From the NCBI GenBank assembly GCA_964016885.1, contig OZ024745.1, forward strand, positions 107,508,001 through 107,572,000: a stretch of DNA of 64,000 bases, in the 5' to 3' direction. Each line of letters begins with the position of its first letter. Within the stretch, counting starts at the first letter, position 1. Below are positions 47,601-61,490 of this stretch, piece after piece. The notes beneath the pieces were generated by a model. That model was not told where the DNA came from and made no database searches. It was given only the letters and a program-made list of their open reading frames with translations. Position numbers and translations under genes: made by a program. Origin of the DNA: Eledone cirrhosa (Eukaryota).

Positions 47601-47836
47601 TACATATATATGTGTACATACATACGTAACAGAATCAGGTGGTAATTTGGTACCGTGTACGCACACCGTAAACAACAGCAAAAGCTTTTTCCCATCAGAA
47701 AGCCCCCAGTTGATGGATGCGAAATCCGAAATATAGGGACAATTAAATCACTTCCGAGGTAAATCTCGTGTTATTATTTTTACTCTTTTCCTACATTCCT
47801 CTTCACCCTGTACTTGTCATTCTACATTTCCCCTTA

Positions 47837-47918
<82 letters not shown>

Positions 47919-47975
47919 CTGATTCTGTTACCCGAAGATTTACCCATCTGCATTTTTGGGGCTTCCAAAATGACC

Positions 47976-48055
<80 letters not shown>

Positions 48056-48056
48056 T

Positions 48057-48088
<32 letters not shown>

Positions 48089-49955
48089 CAGTTTATAAAT
48101 GTGAGCTCCGCAATTTCTTGCAGTACGCCCTTCTCCGTGATATTAAAAAAAAAATAAAGATCGACAAAATTAAATTCAAGTCAGATTACTTGTTAAAATC
48201 CCTAACAATACCAAACCATGAATGTATTACGGTGCGTTGCTGCTGCAATACAATTTGCATCTCAAATTTAGCCATATGATTTATTTTAAAAATTCTGTAT
48301 AGAAACAAGCAAACTTTCCATCTCGGACTTCCCTTTAGACAATGAATACAAGAATACAAGGAAAGTTTGAAATGGATGTTACTGTAAAGATAGAAGAATA
48401 ATCACATGGTAATTCAGATAATATTTATTTGAATAAAACCATTCTAACTGATAAATTATTTCGATATTTGGAATTCATTTCTTTATAAAACTGCGAATTT
48501 CAGGTTCGACACATTCTTAAAAGCAAGAACTGCAATTTTAGATAAAATTAAATTACTATTAAAATCGCAAATGTAATTTTTCAGTACCACACAGTAAGGG
48601 CAATTTTCAAAATATTAATGCAAAAAATTCTAATTGTCAATAGCATGAGTAGAAAAGCATTACCATATTTTTATTTTTTTATTTTTTTATTTTTGTTTAT
48701 TTGGTGGAGGGTGCATTTATTATTGTACATACATTTAATAAATACATTAATTTTTCTTCATTAAGCAATGTAGAAAATATCCAAAGTGGCAGCTTGTGAA
48801 CTTTTTACCATATCCAATCGCTGTAATGACGAAAATGAATTAAAATTATTCCAGTTCACAATATGATTCCTGATCATTTTCTAAACCAAAATTCACGCGG
48901 GCTATACATGTTTTCAAAGCTTCCCCTAGCTTAATAAATATCATTGAGTGCATTTGGCGACAAAAGCAGTTGCAGGTGTTAGGATGAGACACATGAATCT
49001 CTCCCCTGCTAAAATATTGCTACAAATATTATCTTGCAGATCTCTAAGCATATAAATAGTTGAATCAATCTCAAAAGTCTGTGAGAGTCCAAAATTTACC
49101 TAGGTATGTGCATATATATATATATATATGGTACTGTATATTTGTATTTGTATATGTCTGTAATTACGCTTACGATCCACCTTTATCAATATATTCAGTT
49201 TGTATATTATCTGTATCCTCAAACTTTTATATGTACACAAAACACACAAAGGCATACTTATACACACCTTGATGTGAAGAAAGAGTGCAACAGGGAAGAC
49301 ATGATGGCAGAGCACCTAATTCAAAATAAAATTTTTAGAAAGATTTTTGCCAGAACTTAACGCTTGTGTGACAGACGGACAAACCAATGCTGTTCAATCA
49401 TTATAACAGATTTATTTCGCTCTCTAGAAAAATCTACAAATCAATCTTCATTGGAATCCTGTAAAGTAAATATGTCGCTAAACTCTTGATAAAGCAAATA
49501 AAAATGGACAAAATATAAAGCTACAAGTGATCAATAAATAGAAAGAAAACTAATGCAAATCATTTCAATAAATAATGTATTTCCTTTCTTAGAGCAAAAT
49601 TATGATAGTGTTAAATTTATTCCATTAAATAAAAATAATTCAATAGAAATCTTGAATAAAATTGATTTAAGAGCCTTATATTCTTAGTGGTGAAGTGTGG
49701 GGGAGGAAGATAGAGGGAAAGGAGGGGGGAGAGAGTGTGATAGAGGAAATGGAAGAGAAATCATGGAGACATTATTTATGTGTGAACATTAAGTACTTTA
49801 ACAAATAATAGTATCGATATTATTGATACGGTCACCATTTTTCCTATTTCATACAAAACCAATATTTTTTTCTATTCTATCTATCTCTCTCATTTGCCCA
49901 TTCCATGCATCTTCCCCCATACGAAGCACACGCACACTGTTTTCTCTCTCTATCT

Positions 49956-50019
<64 letters not shown>

Positions 50020-51202
50020 ATATATATATATATGTGTGTGTGTGTGCGTGTGCGTAGTGATAACGTTATATCTGCATAAATACAGAGTGTGTAGCCGAAA
50101 GTACACCAACGTGTATAAATATGTACACATATCTTATTTGGATGCGTGTAAACATGCCAGAAAAGCACGACTAGCTGATCAGCGTATGGTAAAGATAGCG
50201 TCTGACTTGTTGGGTTCTTTAGAAGGCGTAAATTGGGATATGAGCGTATATATATACACGCACAGATGTGAATTCGGTCAGCGTTATAAACGTACATATG
50301 CCTGCAATATAAGCACACGTTTAGGTAGAAACGTTCCTTATGTGGTTCAAAATGAGAACGATAATGTTGAATGTGATCAAGTCACAACATCTGATGTTAT
50401 GGTTGCGTTGAAGGTGTCACAAAGGATAGCGTAGGTTTGTTAAGGTTTTGGGAGAAAAGAGCAAATATTATATATCCTCACCGTAAAAAAATGTTATATA
50501 CTAAATTTCTATAATGGCATGCTTTTACCTTCAACGAAACTTCATCATCTTTTAAGGCATGGAGAAGTGTATGTAACATTTTTCAATTCTTACATCTGGT
50601 ACAGTACTTTAACAATTATACATATATATATATAATAGGTAAAAATTCAACTTTTAGCCGCAGTATAGCAGATACCAATCAAATTGTTTGAGGCATTCAT
50701 AAAAGCACTCAATGGTGTGAAGATTTAATACGTTTTCACCCTGAGTAGACACAAGAAGTTAATAAAGTCTGACACCGAGAATTCCAGCAGTCTCGCAAAG
50801 AGAAATCTCACACCGTCACCAAGCGGGAAGGGGAGGTCATCGCAAAACATAGAAGGATAAAATAATATGCACGCAGATCAATTAATTCTGTCAAGAATTA
50901 ACCATGCGTGAAGAACTCAATTGGATATAAAAAAAATTAAATAAATACATGCATGTATTATTTATACATGCATATAGGTATTTTCTGAGGCTAAAAAAAG
51001 AGACAAGATACCGGAAAAACAATCAATATTTCATACAAAGAATAAATAAAGAAAGTCATACCTAAAAATATCTGGAAATTTTCATCTCTGGCCAATTCAA
51101 GAGTATAATATTTAATACATTAACAGAGAAAGCTTTAAGCAATACTCCGACCGACTTCCGTCTCACTCAACAAACATTAGGATATACCTTAGTATAATCC
51201 CA

Positions 51203-51368
<166 letters not shown>

Positions 51369-51579
51369 ACAAAGATGAAAAAACAATACTAACATACGAA
51401 ATGAAATTGTCAACTTGACAGAAGCTGCTTGCCTATAGTAATCAAATTAAACAAGTAGACATTTAGTCTATCAGAATGTGTTGTCAGACATTTCTCAATA
51501 ACAGAAGCCTTTTAATTGGTCTGTTCTTTTGTGAGAAAACCAGTTGGACCCTGGTGTTTGAAACAACATGGAATATGTA

Positions 51580-51620
<41 letters not shown>

Positions 51621-51626
<6 letters not shown>

Positions 51627-52132
51627 ATACTTTGGGAGGGTCATGTTGCCAATAAGAAACACACGCACCAGTTGCGTCACTTGAAATGAAAACACACACA
51701 CACACATAGAACAAACAACTAACCGGTAACATGTAAATAAACAAATAAATAAACAAATATAAACACACACAGACACCCAGATGTGGCGCATGCGCAGACT
51801 AAGCACACAACACACACACAGAAACAAAATGGCGTAGAACAGAACAAAGGAGAGGCACAAAAACAAAGAAAAGAATCCCCAGTCACTGAAGAGGTCACAG
51901 AATGTGTGACGAAAGTACTTTGACAATATATAAACAACTATCTGGTTGTGGAACCAACCAACCAACCAAAAATTTATAAATTCCTAAATTTATAAATTTA
52001 TTATAATAAATTGAAGTGAAAGCAACTGGTGCGTGTGTTTCTTATTGGCAACATGACCCTCCCAAAGTATAACAATATCGGTTTCAACACACGATTTCAG
52101 ATAAAGAATCTTGCTAAACAAATTCAGAAACG

Positions 52133-52137
<5 letters not shown>
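51621..52137 (+). mobile_element. Neptune-like pLTR with HHR 51882-51924 and 5' inverted piece
   Basis: gtca-CUGAAGA-ggtcacagaatgtgtgac-GAAAG-UA-CUU-ugac; 51621-51675 is an inverted repeat of 52022-52077. Confidence 0.75.
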
Positions 52138-52216
<79 letters not shown>

Positions 52217-52219
<3 letters not shown>

Positions 52220-52638
52220 AAATAGGATTTCGCTTCAAGCATAGCTTTATAGAATATATATAAATATTTCGTATCTCCAAAGAATACAGTTTTAGGAAGC
52301 CGTAGCTATGCAAACGCCGGGGGGCTAACGCCCTCTGGTGATGTCCAGCAGAAGCAAGGGGGACAACCGTCTATGCATTTCAGGCTTAACTGGCCTTCGT
52401 CAGGACAGTCCCTCCCACCGCTTGCGACTGCCGAACTAGAAGAGGGCTGAGAATATATACTTTTCTCGTCTGTGTAAATGAGGTGATTAATCTCATTTGC
52501 ATATGAATCTGCATAAGTTGGCTCAACTTATAATAAAAAAGAAATAGGATTTCGTTTCAAGCATAGCTTTATACCATATGTATAAATATTTCGTATCTCC
52601 AAAGAAATATAGTTTTAGGAAGCTGTAGCTATGCAAAC
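52217..52638 (-). mobile_element. 322-bp retrozyme-like monomer with ~100-bp terminal redundancy; HHR 52361-52411 (-)
   Basis: Direct repeats at 52217-52315 and 52539-52638; minus strand ggactgtc-CUGACGA-aggc cagttaa gcct-GAAAU-GC-AUA-gacggttgtcc. Confidence 0.8.
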
Positions 52639-53786
52639 ACACACACATATATATATATATAGTTAAATCTTAGACAGGAACAAAAACAGAGAGGCAGTAC
52701 AAATATTGGTGTATTAGGTTCACGCTTTTGAGAGTGGGTGGCAACGACGTTTTATATATATATACGTTATATATATATATACATATATATTTCGTTTCTG
52801 ATATATACGTGTGTGTGTGTGCGTGTTTGCATATACATATGAATATATATGTATACCAATTCATATACACGCAGACCCAGACTGACACACAAACACATGT
52901 GTTCGTGTGTGCGCGCACGCGCGTGTGTGTGTGTGTGTGTGTGTGTGTCGATATGTGTGCGTTTGCGTTTATTTGTGAAAAACTGAAAATAAAAACCAAA
53001 GTTAGGTGCTTAATAAGTTTATTATTTGACGATCGTGTATATATATATATATATATATCAGAATTAGAATTTGCCCATTGGAAACAGGATTTTAAAATTT
53101 ACGACACAAACTAGGAAAGTAACTTAGGAGATGTCATGATGCCTGTGTTGTTCCATATTTCGATGAATATCAGTTGAAGTGTTCAAGGCTTCATTGTAAA
53201 TCACCAGAACCAAAGCTGATTGCTATATCAGCAGGCCTAATTAGGAAAAAACACCGAATTATTGTCAAATTTCCTATAATTCTCTGTTGCTATGTTAACA
53301 AACAGTTTTAGAGAAGAGCTGGTATCCAAGTGATTCGCTCTAATTTCGATTTCATTCAGTGCTATTGATTTTGGCAGTTTTAGTCATAATGTTTGTTTGT
53401 TTTTTATTGTTGTTCTTTATTTCTATTTTAACTCTCGCATTTGTTGCTTTTGTTGTAGTGGAGAATGTGCAGTAGGTGTGGGGAGCGTTGAATTCAATGC
53501 ATTCTTGCACTTATTTGTGTTCCTTTTCCTTTTCTGTTCAAATCCAACCGAGGTCTACTTTAGATTTTACTCTTGTAAAGAGAGGAGGCTTAATATAAAT
53601 ATACATATCCCAGCATGCGATTGAGAGGATGGGTGGGATATACATATATAAAGATAGAGATAGATGTGTGTGTATGTATACACACACATATACACTCATA
53701 TATATATACACACACACGCACACGCACACAGACACACACACCCGCACTCACACACACACACTTATATATATATATTTTTTTTTTTT

Positions 53787-54300
53787 AGTATGTGTTGGTT
53801 GTTTACCGACACCTCAGTATGTAGGTTGGTTTGTTTACTCCGGAGTAGTGTAAGATAAGTAAGTCAAACATGTTAAATTTGGCTTCGTTTATTATAAATT
53901 CTCTGCTATATATATATTTCAGTGACAGCTAATATTGGCTGTGGCCTCATCAGGCAGTACGAATTAATGTAGAAAAAACAGGTAAACATGGTGTTGAAAT
54001 GTCTTGCACTCTGTCAATTCATCGATATGTCCAGCTCCTGGGTGTGTTGATAGTCCTCCGAGGAACTGGAAACATATGATTCCAGTTCCTCGGAGGACTA
54101 ACAACAGACCCAGGAGCTGGACATATCGATGAATTGACAGAGTGAAACACATTTCAACACTATGTTTACCTGTTTTTTCTACATTAATTCGTACTGCCTG
54201 ATGAGGTCTAAGTCAATAATAGCTGTCACTGAAATATATATATAGCAGAGAATTTATAATAAACGAGGCCAAATTTAACATGTTTTACTTACTTATTTTA
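53787..54300. mobile_element. Family K fold-back (~220-bp imperfect arms) with HHRs on both strands
   Basis: Arms ~53851-54071 and 54080-54300; HHRs at 53903-53957 (-) and 54194-54248 (+), both CUGAUGA with ctgc/gcag stem I. Confidence 0.85.
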
Positions 54301-54335
54301 TATATAAATAGATAGATAGATAGATAGATAGATAT

Positions 54336-55325
54336 ATTTCTTTTATTTGCCACTAGGGCATCAAAAGTGGGCCAAGTACAAAGGGGGGAGTTTACACAAA
54401 AAGGCGTCCTCAATAAGGAGGAGGCAATAACAAAATATAAAAATAAAATAAGATATAACAAAAAATAAAATTTTTAACAAAATCCTCAATAGAGAGGAGG
54501 CGCCTTGGGGGGTCGCACACACCCCCGAAAAAAGTGTGCAACCCTTCTCCTCAGGAGCACAGAGAAGGGGTGCTCCCTTGGTCTTTCATCTTCCTCACCT
54601 ATAGTCTGATGTAGAGTGAAGGCCCATTCACACGGGCCATTCTCGCCACTTTCACCCATCTTTCATAGAAACGGCTGGGGTGCAGCACCTCTCTCTCCAT
54701 CCTGATCCTTCTTCCGAAATGATATCGGAAGAAACGGACCAGTTGTTGGCCAGAGAGAAAGGTGCCCGACCTCAGTCCTTTCAGACGCGTCCACCATACA
54801 ACCTCTTTCGCCATGGCTATTACGCACAGAAACACCGCCTCTGCTTCATCTTTGAAGGGGGGAGGCGGCTTGATCATTACAATAGACTCGGTGGTCAACC
54901 GGATCGGTCCCACCCTTGACAGCAGTTGTTCGACATAGCCCCACAGATCGGCTACGCCCGAGCAGTGTACTAATGCGTGTGCAACGGTTTCCTCGTCGCA
55001 CACGCATCTGGGACAGATCTTTTTGGCGGGGTCCCTACCCGGGCGCCCGTGTCTGTAGAGCCTTTCTCGAACGGGTAAAGCCCCTCGGTAGCACTGCCAG
55101 GCCAGGGACTTCTGGAAGTTGTCCATAGGTCCCGGGCTGAATGTCCTACCGAACAGGCTGGCCAGTTCGTCCTCCTCCATGTCTAGGGCTTCTCCGAGGG
55201 CGTCGTCGCACCTGCTGCGTACCAGCCCTCTATAGAATGTTGCGGTGGAGTCTCCACTGACAACCGGATCCGCCTGCCAGAGGGCGGTGAGCGCCTGGGC
55301 ACACTCAGTGTGCCAGGCGCCCAGT
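54336..55325 (-). mobile_element. 5'-truncated Tx1/L1-type LINE 3' end (ORF2 C-terminus 55324-54599 with zf-RVT CCHC)
   Basis: Frame is open from 55324: ..SLAWQCYRGALPV..ICPRCVCDEETVAHALVHC..LWGYV..AKEVVWWTR. GC-rich; 3' end aaataaaagaaata; flanked by (TAGA)n on both sides. Confidence 0.85.
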
Positions 55326-55364
<39 letters not shown>

Positions 55365-55365
55365 G

Positions 55366-55420
<55 letters not shown>

Positions 55421-55421
55421 G

Positions 55422-55497
<76 letters not shown>

Positions 55498-55498
<1 letters not shown>

Positions 55499-56036
55499 TA
55501 TTTTTAAAAATTGTTTGAATCTTGCTTGCTCCGCTTATCTTAATTTTATAGTTCTGGTATGTCAAAGTAATACCATAGAACAACCATTGTATCATAGACA
55601 CCCTATATATTTCCAGGGGTACTTAGTACCTGTGAGGATATTAACTTCTTTTAATATTCTCCGTTATGTAGAGAACAAATCTGTTGTTCTATTTAGCTGC
55701 TAATTTTAGTGGCGAGGTAGACAATGCTTCTATGTTTACTTCCGCTTCTACTATGGGCTGGTTCATGCATAGGTCACATTTTCGGCCCCATTCGATCCTG
55801 TGCTAGCTGGCAGATGACAATATATTTTGATGTTCCTGGACTTTTTGTCCTAGGAAAGGAAAATGGTCTCTGATGATCTAAACTTTTCCATTGGAAGTCC
55901 CTAGGGATCTCCAATCTTTTATGAAGTGAAACCGTCGGTAAAAGCAATTGGTATAGGTAAATATTTACATTATATTTTTTAATTTATTTTAAAAAATTGT
56001 TTGAATCTTGCTTGCTCCGCTTATCTCAATTTTATT
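55498..56036 (+). mobile_element. ~486-bp terminally redundant unit with HHR-like motif 55864-55946
   Basis: ~50-bp direct repeats (aaaaattgtttgaatcttgcttgctccgcttatct) at 55506 and 55992; CUGAUGA(55870)...GAAAC-CGUCG-GUA with imperfect stem I. Confidence 0.65.
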
Positions 56037-56038
56037 TA

Positions 56039-56092
<54 letters not shown>

Positions 56093-56299
56093 AATGGAAA
56101 TACAGCCTATTCGAAGCCAGAGCCTCAGCTAAGCCAACGAATGCTTTCAGCAGTGCAGCCAAGCACTCGACAAAGTATAGGACCTCAGAGTAATAACTTA
56201 CAGTTTAAAGGGCTTTGCAAACGAGTCAGGACCCCGACAACTGTGCTCTTACCGTTTCAACAGCTAGTTCCAGTTTCTTACTGAATCCATCTTGATTTG

Positions 56300-56390
<91 letters not shown>

Positions 56391-58107
56391 ATATATACGT
56401 CGTTTAGGTATTTATTTTGCAAGCTTCTTGGCGTGAAAACCTGTGTTGTAACCGATATTGTTTTATTTGGGGATGATCTGTTTTGCCTATTTTGCTAAGA
56501 AAATACTCTCACTATTCATTAGGTTGAGGGGCTGGGTTGTTAATATTCTCTTTCTGTTTTCTGTTGAGGGCTGGTCACCTAAAGACTGAAGAGAGAATAT
56601 TAAATATGAGGAGAAAAAACAGAAAGATACAGGTACAGATAATTCAATATACAAACTCACACACACGCACATAAGACTCATACACATGCTAAACACATAG
56701 ACATACACAATAGGCTTGGAAATTGTTGGCCCCGCGCTTCCTCCGTCATAGGATTTTTCACCACATCATTATGTGAGTGTTGAAGATTTTCTCTCTCTCT
56801 CTTTTCATGTGCTTGTAGTTTTTTTCTCTTGTGTTCGTGATGTGGGGTTGCATTGCCTGGATGTAGTTCGGCAGTCTCTCTATCAACATTCTGTCTGTGT
56901 GGAAGTTCAGAACGTCTCCATCCCGCGTGGTTTGTATGAGTTTATAAAGGCCACCTGTGGGTTTACTACGGAGTTGCTGGACATCTGTCCTTCTCTGTCT
57001 CCTACTGTATTGTTCTAGAATCGGTCTGAGTGTTGTCCTAGCTATGGTAAATTGTACTTCTTTTTTTGTTGTTTTCAGCACCATGGAATATTTGCCTTGT
57101 TTGTTTCTTGTGTCATTTGTTCTGAAGAATTTCTAATGTACTTTGAAGGTTCATATATTTGATGTATGGTTACTTCCTTTCTTATATAGCTTATATCGGT
57201 TGCTATTCACATGTTTTGTCAGTCCATCATTTTTTCTCTATAATCAGTTGTTTTGGTTTTATGTATTGTAGGTATTTCCTTTGTTTCAAATTTAAAGATT
57301 TGGCTAATGTTTAATATAGTCTGAGTACATTTATTTGCAGCGATATTTTTATAGCTTTATATTCTTTTTTTTTTTTTTATATTCTTTTTTTTTTTTCATA
57401 AGCCACACGTATCTTTTGTAGTACTGGTTTCTAAGTTTCATGTGGTGTTAATGTGAAATAAGAATGTAATACTTAAATGTAATCTTCATGTGTACAGTAT
57501 TCTCCTTCGATTGTGTTTTCGTTTTAGTTGCTAGCCGTAACAGAAAACAGCTTCTGAACTATATATTAAATTACTTTCGTATCGTGATCCCAATAATCTC
57601 ATGCTACGAAATTTATTATATATCCTGACTGCATCATACATTCTGCCACAAACCAACATTCAGGAGGGATATGTTGTGGTTGCAGCTATCGAATCGATTA
57701 GCCAACACAATATGGGCTGGAAAAGTCTTTCGCTTCTTTTTCTACAAAGCTCTCTTGCCAACAAGATGACAATGAAATTGGCTGGAGAGAAATGTTATTA
57801 AAGGAAGAAAATAAAGCAGGTTTGTAGAAAACTGAAAAAAAAAAAAGAATATAATAAAGACATGTAACCAGAATCTCATGTGTCAGCATTAACTATAGAA
57901 TTCTTCGTCACATCTTATATTTATATAGATAAGGCCTCACACGTGCCTGCCATATCCAATTACACATTTATCCGAATATCAGGAATAGTTCATCGTAACC
58001 ATTCTTACTATGAAAGAAATACAGGGAAGGAACGTATTCATCCGTAAATTTCAATATCGATCAATAAATCAATCTATTTACGCATCTATCTATTTATCTG
58101 ACTGCTA

Positions 58108-58190
<83 letters not shown>

Positions 58191-58199
58191 TGTGTGTGC

Positions 58200-58241
<42 letters not shown>

Positions 58242-58408
58242 ATGTGTCTCTGTGTATTATATTACTTATATCTGTATGTATATTTACGCACGCACCCTTC
58301 TCTCTCACTCTCTCTTTCCCTCTCTATTTGTGTATCTATCTATCCACTCTCTCTCATTAATTCTCTCCACCCCTCTCTCTATTTCCCCCTCTCTACACAC
58401 ACATATAC

Positions 58409-58446
<38 letters not shown>

Positions 58447-58948
58447 ACATCCAAAAGTTCACTTACTGGAATAGAAAAAAAAGCAGAGAATGAGAAGAAA
58501 GATCAAGGTATATATTATAGAGGACAGATATTTGTTGACAAGTAGCTAATAACCGTATGTACAGCAAACCACATTAGAGTAGGTTGGCAGTTAGACAAAT
58601 GAATAAAGATTTTGAATTGATAAATATATACAAAAGGACTGAAAGGGTGTTGTCGAAAAGGCCAGGAAACATAATATGGATAATGTATAATGTATAAGGT
58701 ATACCTAAATTTTGTCATTTGTTGGAAATATCCGCACAAATACCATTGAACAATACTCAGAAGTGAATTATATTATCCACAGGTGTTTGTCACCGTTGGC
58801 ATCTATTTATCCTGCTTACTTTCGTTCCACATAAATGCCGGGTGACTACATTCACGCACACATACACTCAAACACAGACACACATAGAGCCACGCACGCA
58901 CAGAGGTGCATATGCACACACACATTTGTATATATATATGTATGTGTG

Positions 58949-59022
<74 letters not shown>

Positions 59023-59064
59023 GAGAGAGAGAGATGTTTATCCCGGGTTCAATCGAAGGTAAAC

Positions 59065-59115
<51 letters not shown>

Positions 59116-59116
59116 G

Positions 59117-59546
<430 letters not shown>

Positions 59547-59547
59547 T

Positions 59548-59700
59548 ATAAAGAAAACGAAAAATCAGTGATGCATCTGGACTTAGTTTATTTCGTGTTA
59601 CAAATGTTTCGCCGGCATGTAGCTCGAGTCATGGTCCTTGTATGGATCCGGCTGATTCTACTTCTGCGGGTTCTTTCAGACACGGGTGTTATGTCCGGAA
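59548..59700 (-). mobile_element. Family G element with HHR-like motif 59594-59684 (branched stem II)
   Basis: Minus strand: cgtgt-CUGAAAGA-(~60 nt)-GAAAC-AUUU-GUA-acacg. Confidence 0.6.
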
Positions 59701-59729
59701 CAAATGTTATCACTGCTACCACTATACAC

Positions 59730-59794
<65 letters not shown>

Positions 59795-59954
59795 TGGAAG
59801 CTTAGTCAACCTACAATTAGGAATGAGTAGCAAAGCACTCAATAAGGGTATGTCCTTACGTTTTGATAGCTTGACAAATTGAAAATTACGGCAGGCAAAA
59901 CCCAACCATACAATACCAAAACAACGAAAGAACTAATCAGGTTTATATATATAC

Positions 59955-60503
59955 ATGAATAAAATTAGTCCTTCATCAGTGATTTTCAAACTTTCATTGG
60001 TAGTTCATCGTTTAAAAATCATATACCTGCAGTTGGTGCGAGCAATAGCTAAATAAAGCTATTGGGACAAGTAATATAGCGTAAAGCGAGCGGGACAGGT
60101 AAACAAACAAACATGGTATTGCCACGGAAAGATAGGAAGAAACAAGCACATGATATCTATTCAGCTTAAGCTGGGTGAATTTCATGGGCGAGAGAGATAT
60201 ACAGACCATCCGACATGGGTGAGGTGTGAGTGAGAAAGGACCCCCACACAAGCCAAACGGGAGGAAGTGAGAGGGCGAGAAGCAGAGAGTGAGTGAGTGG
60301 AAGTGCGAGGAAGAGGCCAGTCGAGAGAAAGTGTGACTGACAGAGGGGGAGAAAGAAGGTGAGAGATACAGAGAGAGGGGCGAAGTAGTAAGAAAGAAAC
60401 AGACAAACGCAGCTGAGGAAAATTACATATACATAAATATGAGAAGAATTGAGTGCTGCGTGGTTGCACATGGGTTACATATGAATAAAATTAGTCCCTC
60501 ATC

Positions 60504-60505
<2 letters not shown>
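59955..60505. mobile_element. ~526-bp unit with 25-bp terminal direct repeat ('family O')
   Basis: atgaataaaattagtcc(t/c)tcatcag at 59955 and 60481; the junction-spanning sequence is also present at 9545-9650. Confidence 0.6.
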
Positions 60506-60548
<43 letters not shown>

Positions 60549-60904
60549 ATACATTAACAGAGAAAGCTTTAAGCAATACTCCGACCGGCTTCCGTCTTAC
60601 TCAACAAACATTAGGATATACCTTAGTATAATCCCAATTTTACGTTTGGGGTGCTAACTATATGTATTTTGCGGATAGCCAGTTGTATTATTTTATATGA
60701 GACATAATTAAAATACATCTCTCTTTCCAAACAATTGTTTCATTATAAGTTTTCTACAAATTGGGAAAATATGTCCAGGTTATGTAGAAGCCTACACATA
60801 GTCCATAGGAATATATGCAGGTTGGCACTTATAAATCATCAGTGGATGCCCGTCAAACATCGATATAAAAAAAATTTCTTACCGATATCCAATGTTCAGC
60901 GATG

Positions 60905-61113
60905 TAGGAACGAGTAGGACCCCGACGGCTGAGCTCAAGCCGTTTCGACGGCTAATTCTGGACTAAAGTGTCCAGAATTAGTCCAGATTTAGCCGTCGAA
61001 ACGGCTTGAGCTCAGCCGTCGGGGTCCTACTCGTTCCTATTACCCACTCTACTACCCTAAGTATTGAGTACTTTGGTGCGTTACGGTCCATCTGGTTCCT
61101 TACCACATTTCCT

Positions 61114-61116
<3 letters not shown>
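60905..61116 (+). mobile_element. Family B fold-back element
   Basis: Arms 60905-60965 and 60980-61039, then the family B tail. Confidence 0.8.
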
Positions 61117-61153
<37 letters not shown>

Positions 61154-61422
61154 ATTGGTTATGTGTATGTCCAGTATCTCCTCCTCTCCCATTTTTATGT
61201 TCCCCACTACCTCAATTCTGACTCTATGCGTTTTATCTCTCCTCCCATTACTCATTTCTTTTTACTTATTATTTAGTCTATTTAGTTACTATTGCTGTCT
61301 ATGTCTGTTTTATATCTTCCCTCATTCTATTATCATCCTTGTCCTCAGAGCTCATAAGGAATGCTCTCTGTATACCTGTGTATTTATCATTTCCTTTTTT
61401 ATCTCCTTTCTCTTTCTCTCTT

Positions 61423-61490
<68 letters not shown>

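Noticed and set aside
47703-47740. HHR-like motifs here and at ~21865-21900 and ~34983-35043
   Set aside because: Cores have two or more deviations or stem I does not pair; counted only as possible decayed copies.
56758-57084. 108-aa minus-strand ORF
   Set aside because: No recognisable motif; probably a decayed retroelement next to a family C-like tail.
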